A stretch of DNA of 64,000 nucleotides from Amoebidium appalachense. Taxonomy: Eukaryota; Protista; Ichthyosporea. The translations under genes and the position numbers were made by a program. Below the pieces are notes generated by a model. It saw only the letters and a program-made list of their open reading frames with translations, searched no databases and had not been told where the DNA came from. Location: NCBI GenBank assembly GCA_963693365.1, contig CAVNZM010000003.1, positions 5,706,258-5,770,257 of the forward strand, given 5' to 3'. Of the stretch, positions 1 through 64,000 are shown in pieces. How positions within the stretch are numbered: the stretch's first letter is position 1; each line of letters opens with the position of its first letter.

Positions 1-363
1 GTTCGGGGGCCCAGTCTAGTTATTTCATCTCGCCCCCTCTTCTCTACTCTTATTCCAAGCTTCCGTCACGATATAAGATGAAAATAAAAATCCTAAATAC
101 AGAAGATGTCTAAAATACAAAAAAGCGTCAATTTTGTAATTTTAGCCGATTATGAATTGGGATTTTTAAAAATCTATTTTTACATGAGTAGAAAAGCCAT
201 GTAAATAAAGAAAAGTACTATTAACATAGTACTCAAAGAATAGGAAAGCATAATTATAATGAGTAGGTGCAAGTACTCCACGAGCGGTTGCTCTTAAGGG
301 ACTTTAACTGGCTCTCTAAGATTTAGAGTGTCGTAATTACTCAATTAGTAGGAAAGAACAAAG

Positions 364-11653
<11,290 letters not shown>

Positions 11654-12005
11654 TCTATTTAATTAAAACTTTCCTCTCCCTCGTGAGAGGCTATGGTACT
11701 ATAGCTGTAAGATTAGTACTGTTCTCCCTTTTATCATTAGCTTGTTATTTATTCATATATGGTATTCTTTCTTCTATTACCTGTGCTTTCCCTTTCTTCT
11801 CTCACCCACATAGTGAGCTACCCACTTCAACCTTACAGGCTTCAAGTAAGAGTAGAGCCACTAACCTAACTAGGGATATCCTACATCCGGCGCCAAAACA
11901 TAACGAGACAGTTATTGATGTTGGGTTGTGTGGTTGTTACCTCCCCTCTCCCCTCCCCCCCCCCCCCCCCCCCCCCCTCTCCTTCCTCACGCTCCCCCCC
12001 CCCCC

Positions 12006-12040
<35 letters not shown>

Positions 12041-12113
12041 ATCCTGCAGTTGCTGGATCTGCCAAATGTTATGACCCTTTTCCCTTTCATTTACCCCCCC
12101 CCCCCCCCCCACT

Positions 12114-12145
<32 letters not shown>

Positions 12146-12551
12146 TTTCTTGCCACACTGGCACTGTGTTATCAGTCTTAGGGCCGGGAGAGATTGCCAT
12201 TGCCGATGTACCAAGTTTACTTGTGGTCCTCCAAAAACATGTAGCTGAAAACCACCAAGTGCAATATGTTCTAAATTGCTTGCAAAAATTTTATAATATT
12301 TTTATTATTTGTTGTTTTACTTTATTTTACAGAACTGTTTGGTAACCCGATGATATGCATGGACAGGCAATAAAACTTTCCACGTGCACTGATCATGAGT
12401 GCCAGGTGGGCAACATATTTCAGTGAAGTCTGGAATTGGCACCCCCCCGAAATGTTCCCGAACATAAAATCATCATTCTACGGTGTGTGTCAATATACCA
12501 TGCTCACAAGTCAGTACTGCAATTATACTATTCTCAGTTTACTTCAAAGCA

Positions 12552-12584
<33 letters not shown>

Positions 12585-13086
12585 CGGCCCTCTTCCCATT
12601 CCCTGCCCCCCCATTTAAGTTATGCTTTTCATACTCAGTGACTGCAATCATGGCACCCGTGTTTTCTAGACATATTTCCTTTCATTGTGTTCAACGTCTA
12701 TGTGTGTGTGTGTGTGTGTGTGTGTGCATGTTTGTGTGTGTGTGAATTTGTGTGTGTGGGCCAAGTGAAGGTTGTATGCGTTTTTTTCTTCTTAGTTGTT
12801 TTTGTATTCTATTCGATTATTACTTTGTGTGTAAATGTGGAAAAAAAACAAATAAAAAAAATTACCAATGACCACCGCCCAGCTTGAATCACCCTAGCTC
12901 TAGTGTAAAACAATAATCATTATCAGTCACAAACCCTTCTACTACACTCGCCCCAAATGTCATATTCACATTACTGAGTTGATTTAGTTGTGTTTTTTAC
13001 TCTATTTTTTTCAACAACTGTCTGCTATTAAAACATTAAAATGTACATGTGTTTGTGTGTGTGTGTGTGTGTGTGTGCCACAGGCC

Positions 13087-13127
<41 letters not shown>

Positions 13128-13292
13128 ATATAGAATTTACCGTCCTCACCCCCGTGTCCCCCTAAACCGGTGTTAGCAGACCTTTAGGGTTTTTGTGATT
13201 GGATTGGTAGTTCTATTACATTAAACTTTTCAAAATGTCGTTGTACCAATGATATAATACGTTGTAAAACAAATGTCGCCGAATTTCTGTTA

Positions 13293-13996
13293 AAAAAGTG
13301 CGTTCCATTCTGGGTTAGAAACCAAAACATTTTTGATACGGGAATCACCTGGTCTCTGCCGTCATTCAGCCCAGCGCGTTCACAGTGAATCCGAAACCGC
13401 TGGTTTTTTTCTTTTTATTTCAAAGCCCCGAGTACGTACATCCTCTCGGGCCCAACTTTACGGCACTATATTTCAATTTTCTCATTATCAAATATATAGT
13501 TATTTTAGGCTTTTTCATTAGTATCGCAAGAATATTTAGCAATTTTGATGTTATAAAAACAACTAAGCAACGTTTCGATGGTTTTTGATGCCTCACAAAA
13601 TGGCCTTAGGTCCCCTCCAAATTCCGGATTTGAGGTCCGGCACTAAAAAAGGTGCGTTCCATTCTGGGTTAGAAACGAAAACCGTTTTGATGCGGGAATC
13701 ACCTGATCTCTGCCGTCATTCAGCCCAGCGCGTTCACAGTGAATCCGAAACCGCTGGTTTTTTTCTTTTTACTTCAAAGCCCCGAGTACGTACATCCTCT
13801 CGGGCCCAACTTTAGGGCACTATATTTCAATTTTCTCATTATCAAATATATAGTTATTTTAGGCTTTTTCATTAGTATCGCAAGAATATTTAGCGATTTT
13901 GATGTCATAAAAACAACTAAGCAACGTTTCGATGGTTTTTGATGCCTCACAAAATGGCCTTTGGTCCCCTCCAAATTCCGGATTTGAGGTCCGGCA
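13293..13996. repeat. Tandem duplication, 354-bp unit x2, near-identical
   Basis: gtgcgttccattctgggttagaa at about 13298 and 13652; matching ORFs at 13385 and 13739 are offset by 354. Confidence 0.95.
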
Positions 13997-14729
13997 AACA
14001 ACGCATTATATATATTGTTAATGCAACGCTCATGTTCTGAATCAAATTTTTAAACACAGACGTGACATGAAAGAGTCTATTTTGATCATATGAAAAGAGC
14101 GTCCCTTTTTGTTAGCAAAGCAGAACAACAAGAAAAACAGCTGCGCCGCTGAAAAAAGCTGCATTATCATGTATATTCATCACTGTACATATGCATACAA
14201 AATTTACCCCCTTCTTTCTCCCACGAGCAGAAAAACCTCTTGAGCGAATCCCCTTTTTTCAGGGATGTGGGCCCCCGCCGGTGGGGCCCGCACTATATTA
14301 CCGGCGAAAATCGATCTGATCGTGGGGGCCCCCACCGGTGGGGGCCCAAACACATTGGGGTTAAGCTTAGCCCCGGGGGTCATACATACACACTTTTCGG
14401 TGACCGTATTTCCAAACGACGGCATGCTATGTCTACGTAGATGAAGAAGAAATGTTAGGAATGGTAGTTAACAACACGCTACATACCTGTTTTTATTAGT
14501 GCCTATGTATATTTTACAAAGGTTTTATATGATCGTCCCGAGAGAGGTCGCGCTTTCAAAAACGTCATACAAAAACGTCATACAACTCCGGCCGCGTTTC
14601 ATAATTGATCTAAAAATAGCGCAACAGATGACGGACCGCTGCGGCAGATGGATCCATGTCATTTCTAATAGTAAATCGAGATTGAACATAGCATGACCTC
14701 GCCGAAAATGTGCTTTTCACACACAAGAA

Positions 14730-15155
14730 CTATACGCCTAAATAGAGATATATGTTTTTTGACTGTTTCTCTGAACCCATTTTTTTGGTGTCCCTGTATG
14801 ACGTTTTTTGTCATACACGTCTACAATGTAATTGATCCGAGATTCCGAAATTCCCGGGATACAAAGTGTATGACAAAAACGTCATACAAATGTCACTGGG
14901 GTTAGTATGATAGCTTGGGCTCCTGGCAAGCACACCTTGTTCTATACGCCTAAATAGAGATATATGTTTTTTGACTGTTTCTCTGAACCCATTTTTTTGG
15001 TGTCCCTGTATGACGTTTTTTGTCATACACGTCTACAATGTAATTGATCCGAGATTCCGAAATTCCCGGGATACAAAGTGTATGACAAAAACGTCATACA
15101 AATGTCACTGGGGTTAGTATGATAGCTAGGGCTCCTGGCAAGCACACCTTGTTCT
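14730..15155. repeat. Tandem duplication, 212-bp unit x2, with inverted TGTATGAC/GTCATACA motifs (transposon-end-like)
   Basis: ctatacgcctaaatagagata at 14730 and 14942. Each unit carries tgtatgacaaaaacgtcatacaaatgtcactggggttag. Confidence 0.93.
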
Positions 15156-15189
15156 AGTATCTGTTTGCGCAAACACATTCAGAATACTA

Positions 15190-15459
15190 TTGGTCAAGCG
15201 CGCATCTGATGACGATGCTTCCGCCACTTCCTTTTTTTTGCGATTGATTCACCACAAAGCTGGGAAGCCTTCAAAGGTTGCACAAGCCCGTGCTAGAAAC
15301 AACATTAAATCATACCTATCTACTCAGGTGGGACGTGAAAAGCTATCAATTATGAAGAACAAAGCATTCACAACAATTTTACAGAAGAAAATAATACCAG
15401 GAGTATGGGCAACATGTTCACGTGTGGAAAACTTTATAAAGAAAATTGAAAAATTTTAA
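15190..15459 (+). pseudogene. Possible decayed hAT transposase C-terminal (dimerisation) fragment
   Basis: NIKSYLSTQVGREKLS resembles the hAT IKTYLRSTMxQERL motif; resemblance judged by eye only. Confidence 0.3.
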
Positions 15460-15910
15460 GTCGTTATGTCCTCACCAACGCCAAAGGCGAACATTTGGGT
15501 TTGACCATACATACCAAGCCTAGATGACCTTTAGCAGCCCCCCCCCCCCCCCCCCCCCCCCCCCCCCTTCTCGCCCCCATACCCACCCACTCAAAGTTCT
15601 TAATAAACACCACTACCACTCAGCAATATTGGTCGTTGGAGTCATAACATGCGAACCTGTTTAAAAAACAACATTACCAACAGAACTCCAAGGGGGCTAC
15701 AAAACGTACACTCCATCCTTGACTGCAAATAACGTAACATTCAACTTCATTGATTCTTTTATAAAACAATAAAAAAAGTAGGAATATGACTACTTGTTTT
15801 TCGTGTTTTGGGCCCGATTTTTTACGAGCGTTTCAAATTTGGACATTAATTCTGGAGTGCTTACATGGTTGTTGCTATAAAACCAAAACCAAAACAAAAC
15901 AAAAAAAAAT

Positions 15911-46334
<30,424 letters not shown>

Positions 46335-47108
46335 GTTTGAAACTTGAGAATCATCTCATGTTCGCCCTCTCAGATCTATTCCACCGACTTGCAGGCCTAA
46401 ACCCTATCGCTTCATTCATAAAAAAGCTCTTAGAAGGCCACAAATTTATCAAGGTGTTTTCATGTTTACACTGTCACTCTATGATATGAGGTCACGAACG
46501 TTACCAACTCGACACATGGAAAAAAGAAAAAACAAAAGCTCCACCTCGTGTCACGACCGCGGCGCAGTTAGTGGTACATTTTTAGCCAATCGGATGCATG
46601 GTACTGTTCAAGCCAATAGTTGCTTTTTAAACTTAGCTTTATTTGGTTATAGCCAGGGTGTGAAAATATAGGTATCGGACTCTCGGCCAACGGACGATTA
46701 TGAGGAGAATGGACCGTTATTTCAGTTGAAGAAACGCAACAAACCAATTCCAAAGTTTTTGGCACACGTTCAATTTCATGCTTGCCTAGATTCTTCATTA
46801 GTATAGAAATGTACATAGATAACAGTATGATTAAGACAACTATAAATAGGCATACGAGACAAGCAGCCCGTGCTGGGGCCCAGTCTTGGTGCCACAAAAA
46901 CTTTGAAACAATCCCCAAACTATTACTCTTACCCGTTCCACCAGCTTTACAGAGCTTTACACAAAGCATATCTACTTTCCCAAAAACTAATGTTCACTCG
47001 ATGAGAAAATACGAAGACATTTACAAAAATCGATGCATACACAACGCAGTATTTTTGAAGTTTACGTTTCCAAAGAGCCCAAATCCACATCAAAAACACA
47101 CTCAGAGT

Positions 47109-47408
47109 CTATAAACTGGTCGAAATTGTGATGCCAAGAGCTTCGAGTTTTCTCTCCATACCAGAGGCTGTATTCAGTGTATGCACATACACCCCCTGCC
47201 CCTTGACATATGTAAGCAGCCCACCTCCTCCTTCAAAGCGCGCTACCACAACAGTATCTCGTTGTGGGTTGGGTGTGCATGTTTGAGTCACTGCCTCGAT
47301 TCCAACTTCTTTCAGAAGAGCATCTGGCGAAGTCAGTCTTGCTTTTTGGTCACTTGTGACGTACCGACCAGGGCAGCCTTTGATCTCCTGCACATAATCG
47401 TTCAGTAC
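47109..47408 (-). CDS. 3' exon of a small protein of unknown function; candidate first exon about 47702-47646
   Basis: CAG acceptor, then 99 codons of protein-like composition ending in a stop: IKGCPGRYV...DTVVVARFEGGGGLLTYVKGQGVYVHTLNTASGMERKLEALG. Confidence 0.65.
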   Translation of the reverse strand, partial: VLNDYVQEIKGCPGRYVTSDQKARLTSPDALLKEVGIEAVTQTCTPNPQRDTVVVARFEGGGGLLTYVKGQGVYVHTLNTASGMERKLEALGITISTSL

Positions 47409-49171
47409 CTGGAAACAGAGTCGGGAAGCTGCCACAGGAAAAAGGTAACACGACCCTACATCCATGCACAAACATCAATGAACAACCCCCCTTCCCCCCC
47501 CCCCCCCCCCCTCCTCCCCCCCCCCCAACACCCACACACACACGCACCTTCCCTTAATAGTAATCAGAACCGCCATCGTATCTCAACCACCCTAGGTGCC
47601 TTATCCTTTATCCCTTAATCCGTGAAAACTGTTGCCTTTGCCGACCTGTGCACTAAGATTTGGGCACTTTCTAAGGCCCAGACCTTGTGGGTGTTTTGAC
47701 ATGTTGTGACAGAAAGAGCACGCTTCGCAGAACGATATGAAGTTTTACACCCGGCTCAACGCACTCAAACAAACCATGCGCACCCACAGGACGTGCGCGC
47801 ACACACAGACATACACATACACAAAAACATGCGCACGCGTGCAAGCGCAAAATACACACTCAATCATGCCCGAAAGGCACTTACATGCACAAAGGGCTGC
47901 ACAGTATTACATCAAACACACAGTCCCATGCACACATGACCCGAAGTCCAGTTTGTAAAGTGGTGAAACGTGTAACACAAGTAGGCACATGTCTACTGCC
48001 AACCCCAACACCCGTGTTTAGATTTGCCTTCATGAGAGTGTGCCCAAGAACAGCAGTGGTTCCCATAGTGCTACATGGAAGGACAGACACGAAGAGACAG
48101 GCATTAACCTGGAGATGCAGGCAAAGAGAGAGAGAGAAAGAGAAGGGGGGGGGGGAGGGGGAGTGTGTGCGTATGTGTGTGTGTGTGTGTGTGTGTCAGG
48201 GGGGGGGGGGGGGGGGGAGCGAGAGGAGAGAGAGAGAGCGTTCATACACACATAAGACTCACTGCCGCACGCAGAATTGGATCGTTTCACACAGACAGGG
48301 TGCTTCCAGAGTACGGCTGCTAGAGCAGCCCCTTCACACATCAACAAACAACAACTCGAAAACCCCTACCCTATTAAAATATTCTGCATGCATGCCACAC
48401 TTTGTGTGCATATGAGACAACTCCACACGTGTAAGTTACCAGACTTTCAACAATCACGTTGACGATACAGTGGCTCCCAGTTTTGTTAATCATGGTCTCA
48501 TATTCTTTATTCATACAACATTATAGTGACATTTTCTTTATTTATAGCATCATCACAACTGTTGGGGACACCCACCCTCCAAGGCAGGTGGTCCCAAAGC
48601 AGTTGCAGAGGCACTCCGCCCGCCCGAGCGTACTTCCCATCACCTATAAACGCAGTTGACATCTTGTCGTTTTTTTAGAACGGGTAACGCGCTCAAAATC
48701 GCCGCACTAATACACCCCAAACTGCTATACTGTTTGACGCCACACCAACCCTTTCTCCTTTCCCCTCCGGCAGGATCTTTCTCTCGCTTCTCAAGCCTTC
48801 TCTTTTCTCTGGCTCCGCCTGTTGCATATGCACGGCCCTTGGCCTGCTCTCCTCTTTTTCACGTTACCCAGCCGCTGCCCCTTCGTAGTTTTTCTCCCTA
48901 CAGCCCTCCTCCTCCCGTCCAGCAAACTATTCCTATCCCTTGTATAATGCATATGTGTGGACGTGAATCCCGGCCTCTTTGCGTGAAGGAGTTCCTAATC
49001 TAACACTCTCCCACCACCTTCTTCGAACAAATACTCTATGTTTCGCTCTCGTACTTCTTCTTTCGTTTCTCTAGTCCTCAAAAGTCTTCACTTCTTCGGA
49101 ATTCACTGTGCTTTTCCTTCTCTCTCGTAGAGCCAATCCACTGCACTTCAGCCTTTGCTACCACAGCCTCC

Positions 49172-49260
<89 letters not shown>

Positions 49261-49432
49261 GTGTAGTCGCGGAGTGTATCTTTCTGGTGTACTTGCGGAG
49301 TGTATCTTTCTCCCTCCTCCCCCGCTCTCACACAAACTCTCTCTCGCACTGTGTGTGTGTGTGTGTGTACGTATGTGTGTGTGCGCGTGTGTATGTGTGT
49401 GTGTGTGTGTGTATCTTAAAATCTCTCTCTGC

Positions 49433-49476
<44 letters not shown>

Positions 49477-49501
49477 CTCTCTTTCTCTCTCTCTCTCTCT
49501 T

Positions 49502-49559
<58 letters not shown>

Positions 49560-51574
49560 ATGTCCGTTGATCATGTGCTCAGTTGTGGCGCGCGCGCGCG
49601 TAACGGAGTGGTGTCGGTTGCGATTGGCGCGATCCGAGGAACCGTCCACATGCCTGGGGTGTGTGATCACGACCGAGATTGCAAATATCGGTGATTTTCA
49701 TTTCGAACTTCTCTCTGCCTCATGTAGACGCCTTCTTGAGTGGGAGAAGTAGAAGCAATATCTCACCGTTTCTATGTACAAAAATATTTAAATATATGTT
49801 GCCGCTACATAAATTTGCAATGAAAAGCTGCTAATTCTTACCATATATTATAATTTTTGAAGTTTAACAACTTAGTAATAATCGGAAACTTCTTCCGAGA
49901 ATCGACAAATTCTCCGTTTTCTGTGGGGTTTGGTCTGACGTCACGCATGAGCCCCACATTGGGAATGCAACCGTTGGCCAATCGCCTGCGACCACTCATT
50001 TTTGTCAAATTTGCCCCCTCAGACCGTGTACACAGGACAGTTTATATTTTGCAACCCTTTCTCGGTTTTTTCTTGTGTTTTTTTTTCCCTGTCCTTGGCT
50101 CTTGTTTTTGTGTATTTGTCCTATCTTTGCGTTTTTTTTCAACCTTATATGCTTCTGTTTTAATGTGCACACTCGCCTGTATGTTTTTATCCGTTTTCCT
50201 GACGTGCTCTTTTTCCGGCCACGCGTTCGTGCACACGTTACACAACTTCCATTTTTTGTGTGTGTATATTCATGGACGTACCGACACTAGGCCTAATTAG
50301 GTGTTGTTAACAAGAGTGGGCACGTCAAGGACAAACATCAAGTGAATGGAGTGTCAATCACGCAAACGCGTCTAAGTAAAGACCCTACCCCTGCACCCTC
50401 ACCAGTGGTTGCAATTGAAAACGTGATGTTTTCTGCTCACTCCCTCTCCCTCCCTCCGTATATCATTTTGCAAGCATGAGTGTTTGACGACCTCGCTGGT
50501 GTTTGCAAGCTTCTGGTATATATATTTGTTTTGTCATGCTAAATCAATGCAATTTTCACTGATTCACTCCTAAAGTCTTTATTTAGCAGAAGTGCATCAC
50601 TTGGCGCCACTGCAAACGATCATACAAAAGTATTACATCGAGCACAAAACTTGTGTGCATGTCATAGAATTGCTCACGTACGCGTTAATTCTCGTTTTGA
50701 GGTTCATATATGCTATGTATATGCTATGTACTGTCCCTCTTTTTTAGAGGCTTTTGTTTGACGATATGATTTTTTAGATGGGCTGTGGCCATGCACTGTT
50801 TTCGTGCACTCACAGCACGTATCGAATGATGCACGACTCACATTCCCTTTTCCGAAGTCGTGAGTGTGTATAATATTCATAAACACCTGCTTCATCCTCC
50901 TTATTTTGCACCCAACAAAGTCAAGAACTTTTTTCTTTTGGGTGGTGGGGGGGGGGGGGGGGGGATCATGCAACTATGCTGTACCAGTTCCATGTTATCT
51001 TGTGGATGGAAATCCTTCAGCAGGAAATTGAGGGACGGTGGGGGAGGACATGGGCATACAAAGTTCACATTAGCATAGGGCCAATCAGTGTTTAGGGATG
51101 ATGATAGTGAAAGAGAACTATGTTAGCAAAGGAAAGGCATTGATGAGATGCTCGATGCGCGTTTAGCTTCTTTTCAGCTTTGGAAATTCAAGTCCTTCGC
51201 TTTCCCCCCTTCATTTTTCATTTTATTTATTTATTTACTAGTATACTGGTTTATTCTTTTACTTTTTTATTATTGTTATTGTTGTTAGTATTATTATTTT
51301 TGTTGTTGTTGTTATCATCATCACCATTATTATTATTATTATTATTGTGGGGTGGGGACGGGGTGTACTGACCGTCTGATACCACAGGCAGCCGACTGTG
51401 ATCTGTTTGGCAAATAGCCGCTACGTTTATTGGCTGGCCATCCGGAACCTGAAAGGTATGTGGTACTGTTTGCATGGTTGTCTTGTATGCAATAATATGT
51501 GGTTTGCGATGTTATGTTCATGGTTGGCATGTATGCAGATATATGGTTAGGTGATGTTGTGCATATGGCAAGTT

Positions 51575-51634
<60 letters not shown>

Positions 51635-52359
51635 GTGGTATGTTTCATGATTTGAGTGTATGCGCACATATGGTGCCATGTTTCATGATTGGCGTGTACG
51701 CTGACGTATGGTTTGCGTGTAGGTGGATATCACATTGGGATGCTGCTGTGAAGGTGAAAATATATCGAGTTGCTTCTGTTTATGCTGTCACAATTTTGTA
51801 TTTTTTTTTTTAATGTTTGTGTGGAAGCCCGTTTTTTTTTTGTTTTTTTGTTTTTTTGAGTGTGTGATTTTTTTTTGCCTTAGGTGGGGAGAGAAAAAAA
51901 AAAATGAAACGGCCGTCTCTGCTTATTTATATTACCAACAGTTTGAAAATTAAAGGGTTTAAACTGTGTGTGTGTTTGTGGGGGGGGGGGGGGGGGGGGG
52001 GGGGGGGAAGGGGGGCGCTGACGAAGGGAACAGAAAAACGAGTACCTGTGTGGGGCTAAATTGCAGGGCCGAAACCATGCTTGATTTCAGACTCCTGTAT
52101 TGCGTTTGAATTCCTCCACGCTAACGGCTCATAAGTCAAACATTAAACATACTGAAAAGATAGTGTTGTAGGGCCGGGCCGATGCAAGATTGCTCCCGCG
52201 TTGACGACTTACAAATCAACTACATGAATTGAAAAATGTTTAAATTTTAAAATTTTCAGGGCTGGACCGATGCAAGGTTTCTTCCCCACGCTCACGGCAT
52301 ATAGTCAACTTCTTAGTTCAAGTATTGATTTCAAAATTATTTTGTTCAGGGCCGGACCG

Positions 52360-62763
<10,404 letters not shown>

Positions 62764-63014
62764 AAAGTTGGAAAAACGGAAAAATGAGCGGATTGTGGGG
62801 AGATTTGGTGGATTGGTGTGCGGTTGTTGTTCGTTTCTCACCTGTCTACGTTCAGTCAGTTCCCTCTCTTTTTCCTTTTTTTTTTTTTTTTTTTTTTTTT
62901 ATTTAAAAAAAAAAAAAAAAAAAAGAAGAGAGAGAGAGAAAATCATATTTTCCTGTTTTGGGTGGGTGGTGGTGTTTTTTTTTTTTTGTTTTTTTGTTTT
63001 TGTTTTTTTTTTTT

Positions 63015-63074
<60 letters not shown>

Positions 63075-63412
63075 GCGCGCGTGAAACCTCAGGCTGTTGT
63101 GTTGCACACTGGCAGAGAATAGTACTTTTAGGAATATTGTGTGCTATTATGTGTGTAACTGGATATACAAAGGGGGAAAAGATGAGGTGTGTCTGCCAAA
63201 TAGGGATGACATGTAATGATGCTCGTTGGTTGATGAAATTTTGGGATGTTCTTTACGTGATTTAATATTTTTATTTTTTTTCCCTTTTTTTTATGTAGAA
63301 AATATTTCGTAATGTTTCGTTGATGTGTGTACTCAAGCTTGCTTTACGTGTGACTTGAATATGGATTATGCAAGGAAAAACGCGAGGGTGGGGCTAACTT
63401 AGACAAGCAACC

Positions 63413-63488
<76 letters not shown>

Positions 63489-64000
63489 CAGTAGAATGCA
63501 GAACAAACACCGTAGAAAGGGGCCATTCCAGTAGGAACACTTTTTAGACCGTGTGCGTAAACATGCAAAATTTCAAGAATTCAAAAAGTGACCCGTTTTA
63601 GAGGGGCCAAGATAGAAGAAATTCTGGGATTTTGGTACAGAATAGCACAGAAAAATCAAAATGTGCTTGAGATATGTGACGGAGTGATGGATATTTTCAA
63701 TGATTGTGTGATATCCTGAAAGACTTATTTGCACACAAGAAACCATGTACACTACATAAAAGTAAATAAAACAGTGAAAGACAATTGTTGGTGCACAGCC
63801 TCCATGTCCATGGCAGTACTCTCCATTTCGTGTGCCGCGGTACAGTGCCACTGCTTTATAAAAACATGCACGGTCACATTCAGTTGGGGAAGTTTGTGGA
63901 ATTTAATATTGAAGAGGGAATTTGATGTTTTGTTTATAATTACCTTTTGCAATATTTGCTCGCACATTTTATAACGATGTTTGGTCCACTTAAGACGCTG

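Noticed and set aside
1-363. Mitochondrial tRNA or terminal inverted repeat flanking cox1
   Set aside because: No cloverleaf is recognisable and I see no inverted match to 11654-11900; the left end of the segment is outside the window.
11683-12345. 220-aa ORF crossing the mitochondrial/nuclear junction (formin- or extensin-like poly-Pro)
   Set aside because: GTG start, poly-Pro comes from C runs, and there is no recognisable domain.
49900-50000. Promoter call from TGACGTCA and CCAAT motifs
   Set aside because: Short motifs with no transcription-start evidence; they cannot be assigned to either flanking gene.

Overview
Eukaryotic DNA in two very different compartments. (1) About 1-11.9 kb is AT-rich mitochondrial-type DNA (TGA=Trp, AGA=Arg). 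It holds one complete cox1 gene (364-11653; 16 exons, 507 aa by manual splicing) split by 14 group I introns and 1 ORF-less group II intron, with four intact and three decayed LAGLIDADG endonuclease genes. The Cox1 lacks the usual C-terminal SPPxxH tail. The block runs directly into nuclear DNA, so it is either a very recent NUMT or an assembly chimera. (2) About 11.9-64 kb is intron-rich nuclear DNA full of (CA)n/(GT)n and poly-G/C tracts. On the minus strand I reconstruct a 29-exon gene (46334->15911, about 1258 aa) with an unusual architecture: acidic LD-like motifs, ankyrin repeats, SAM-like, SH3-like, SH2, a tyrosine-kinase domain whose DFG reads GFA (probable pseudokinase), and a C-terminal coactosin-like ADF-H domain. 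There is also a small unknown-function gene (about 47.1-47.7 kb, minus), a USP44/49-like deubiquitinase (52360-62763, plus), a 42-43 bp minisatellite, a TTAA-flanked MITE and a poly-C-associated SINE-like repeat family. SH2/tyrosine-kinase nuclear genes together with an intron-packed code-4 cox1 suggest a unicellular holozoan such as an ichthyosporean (inference). All exon models were read by eye and are not transcript-verified.
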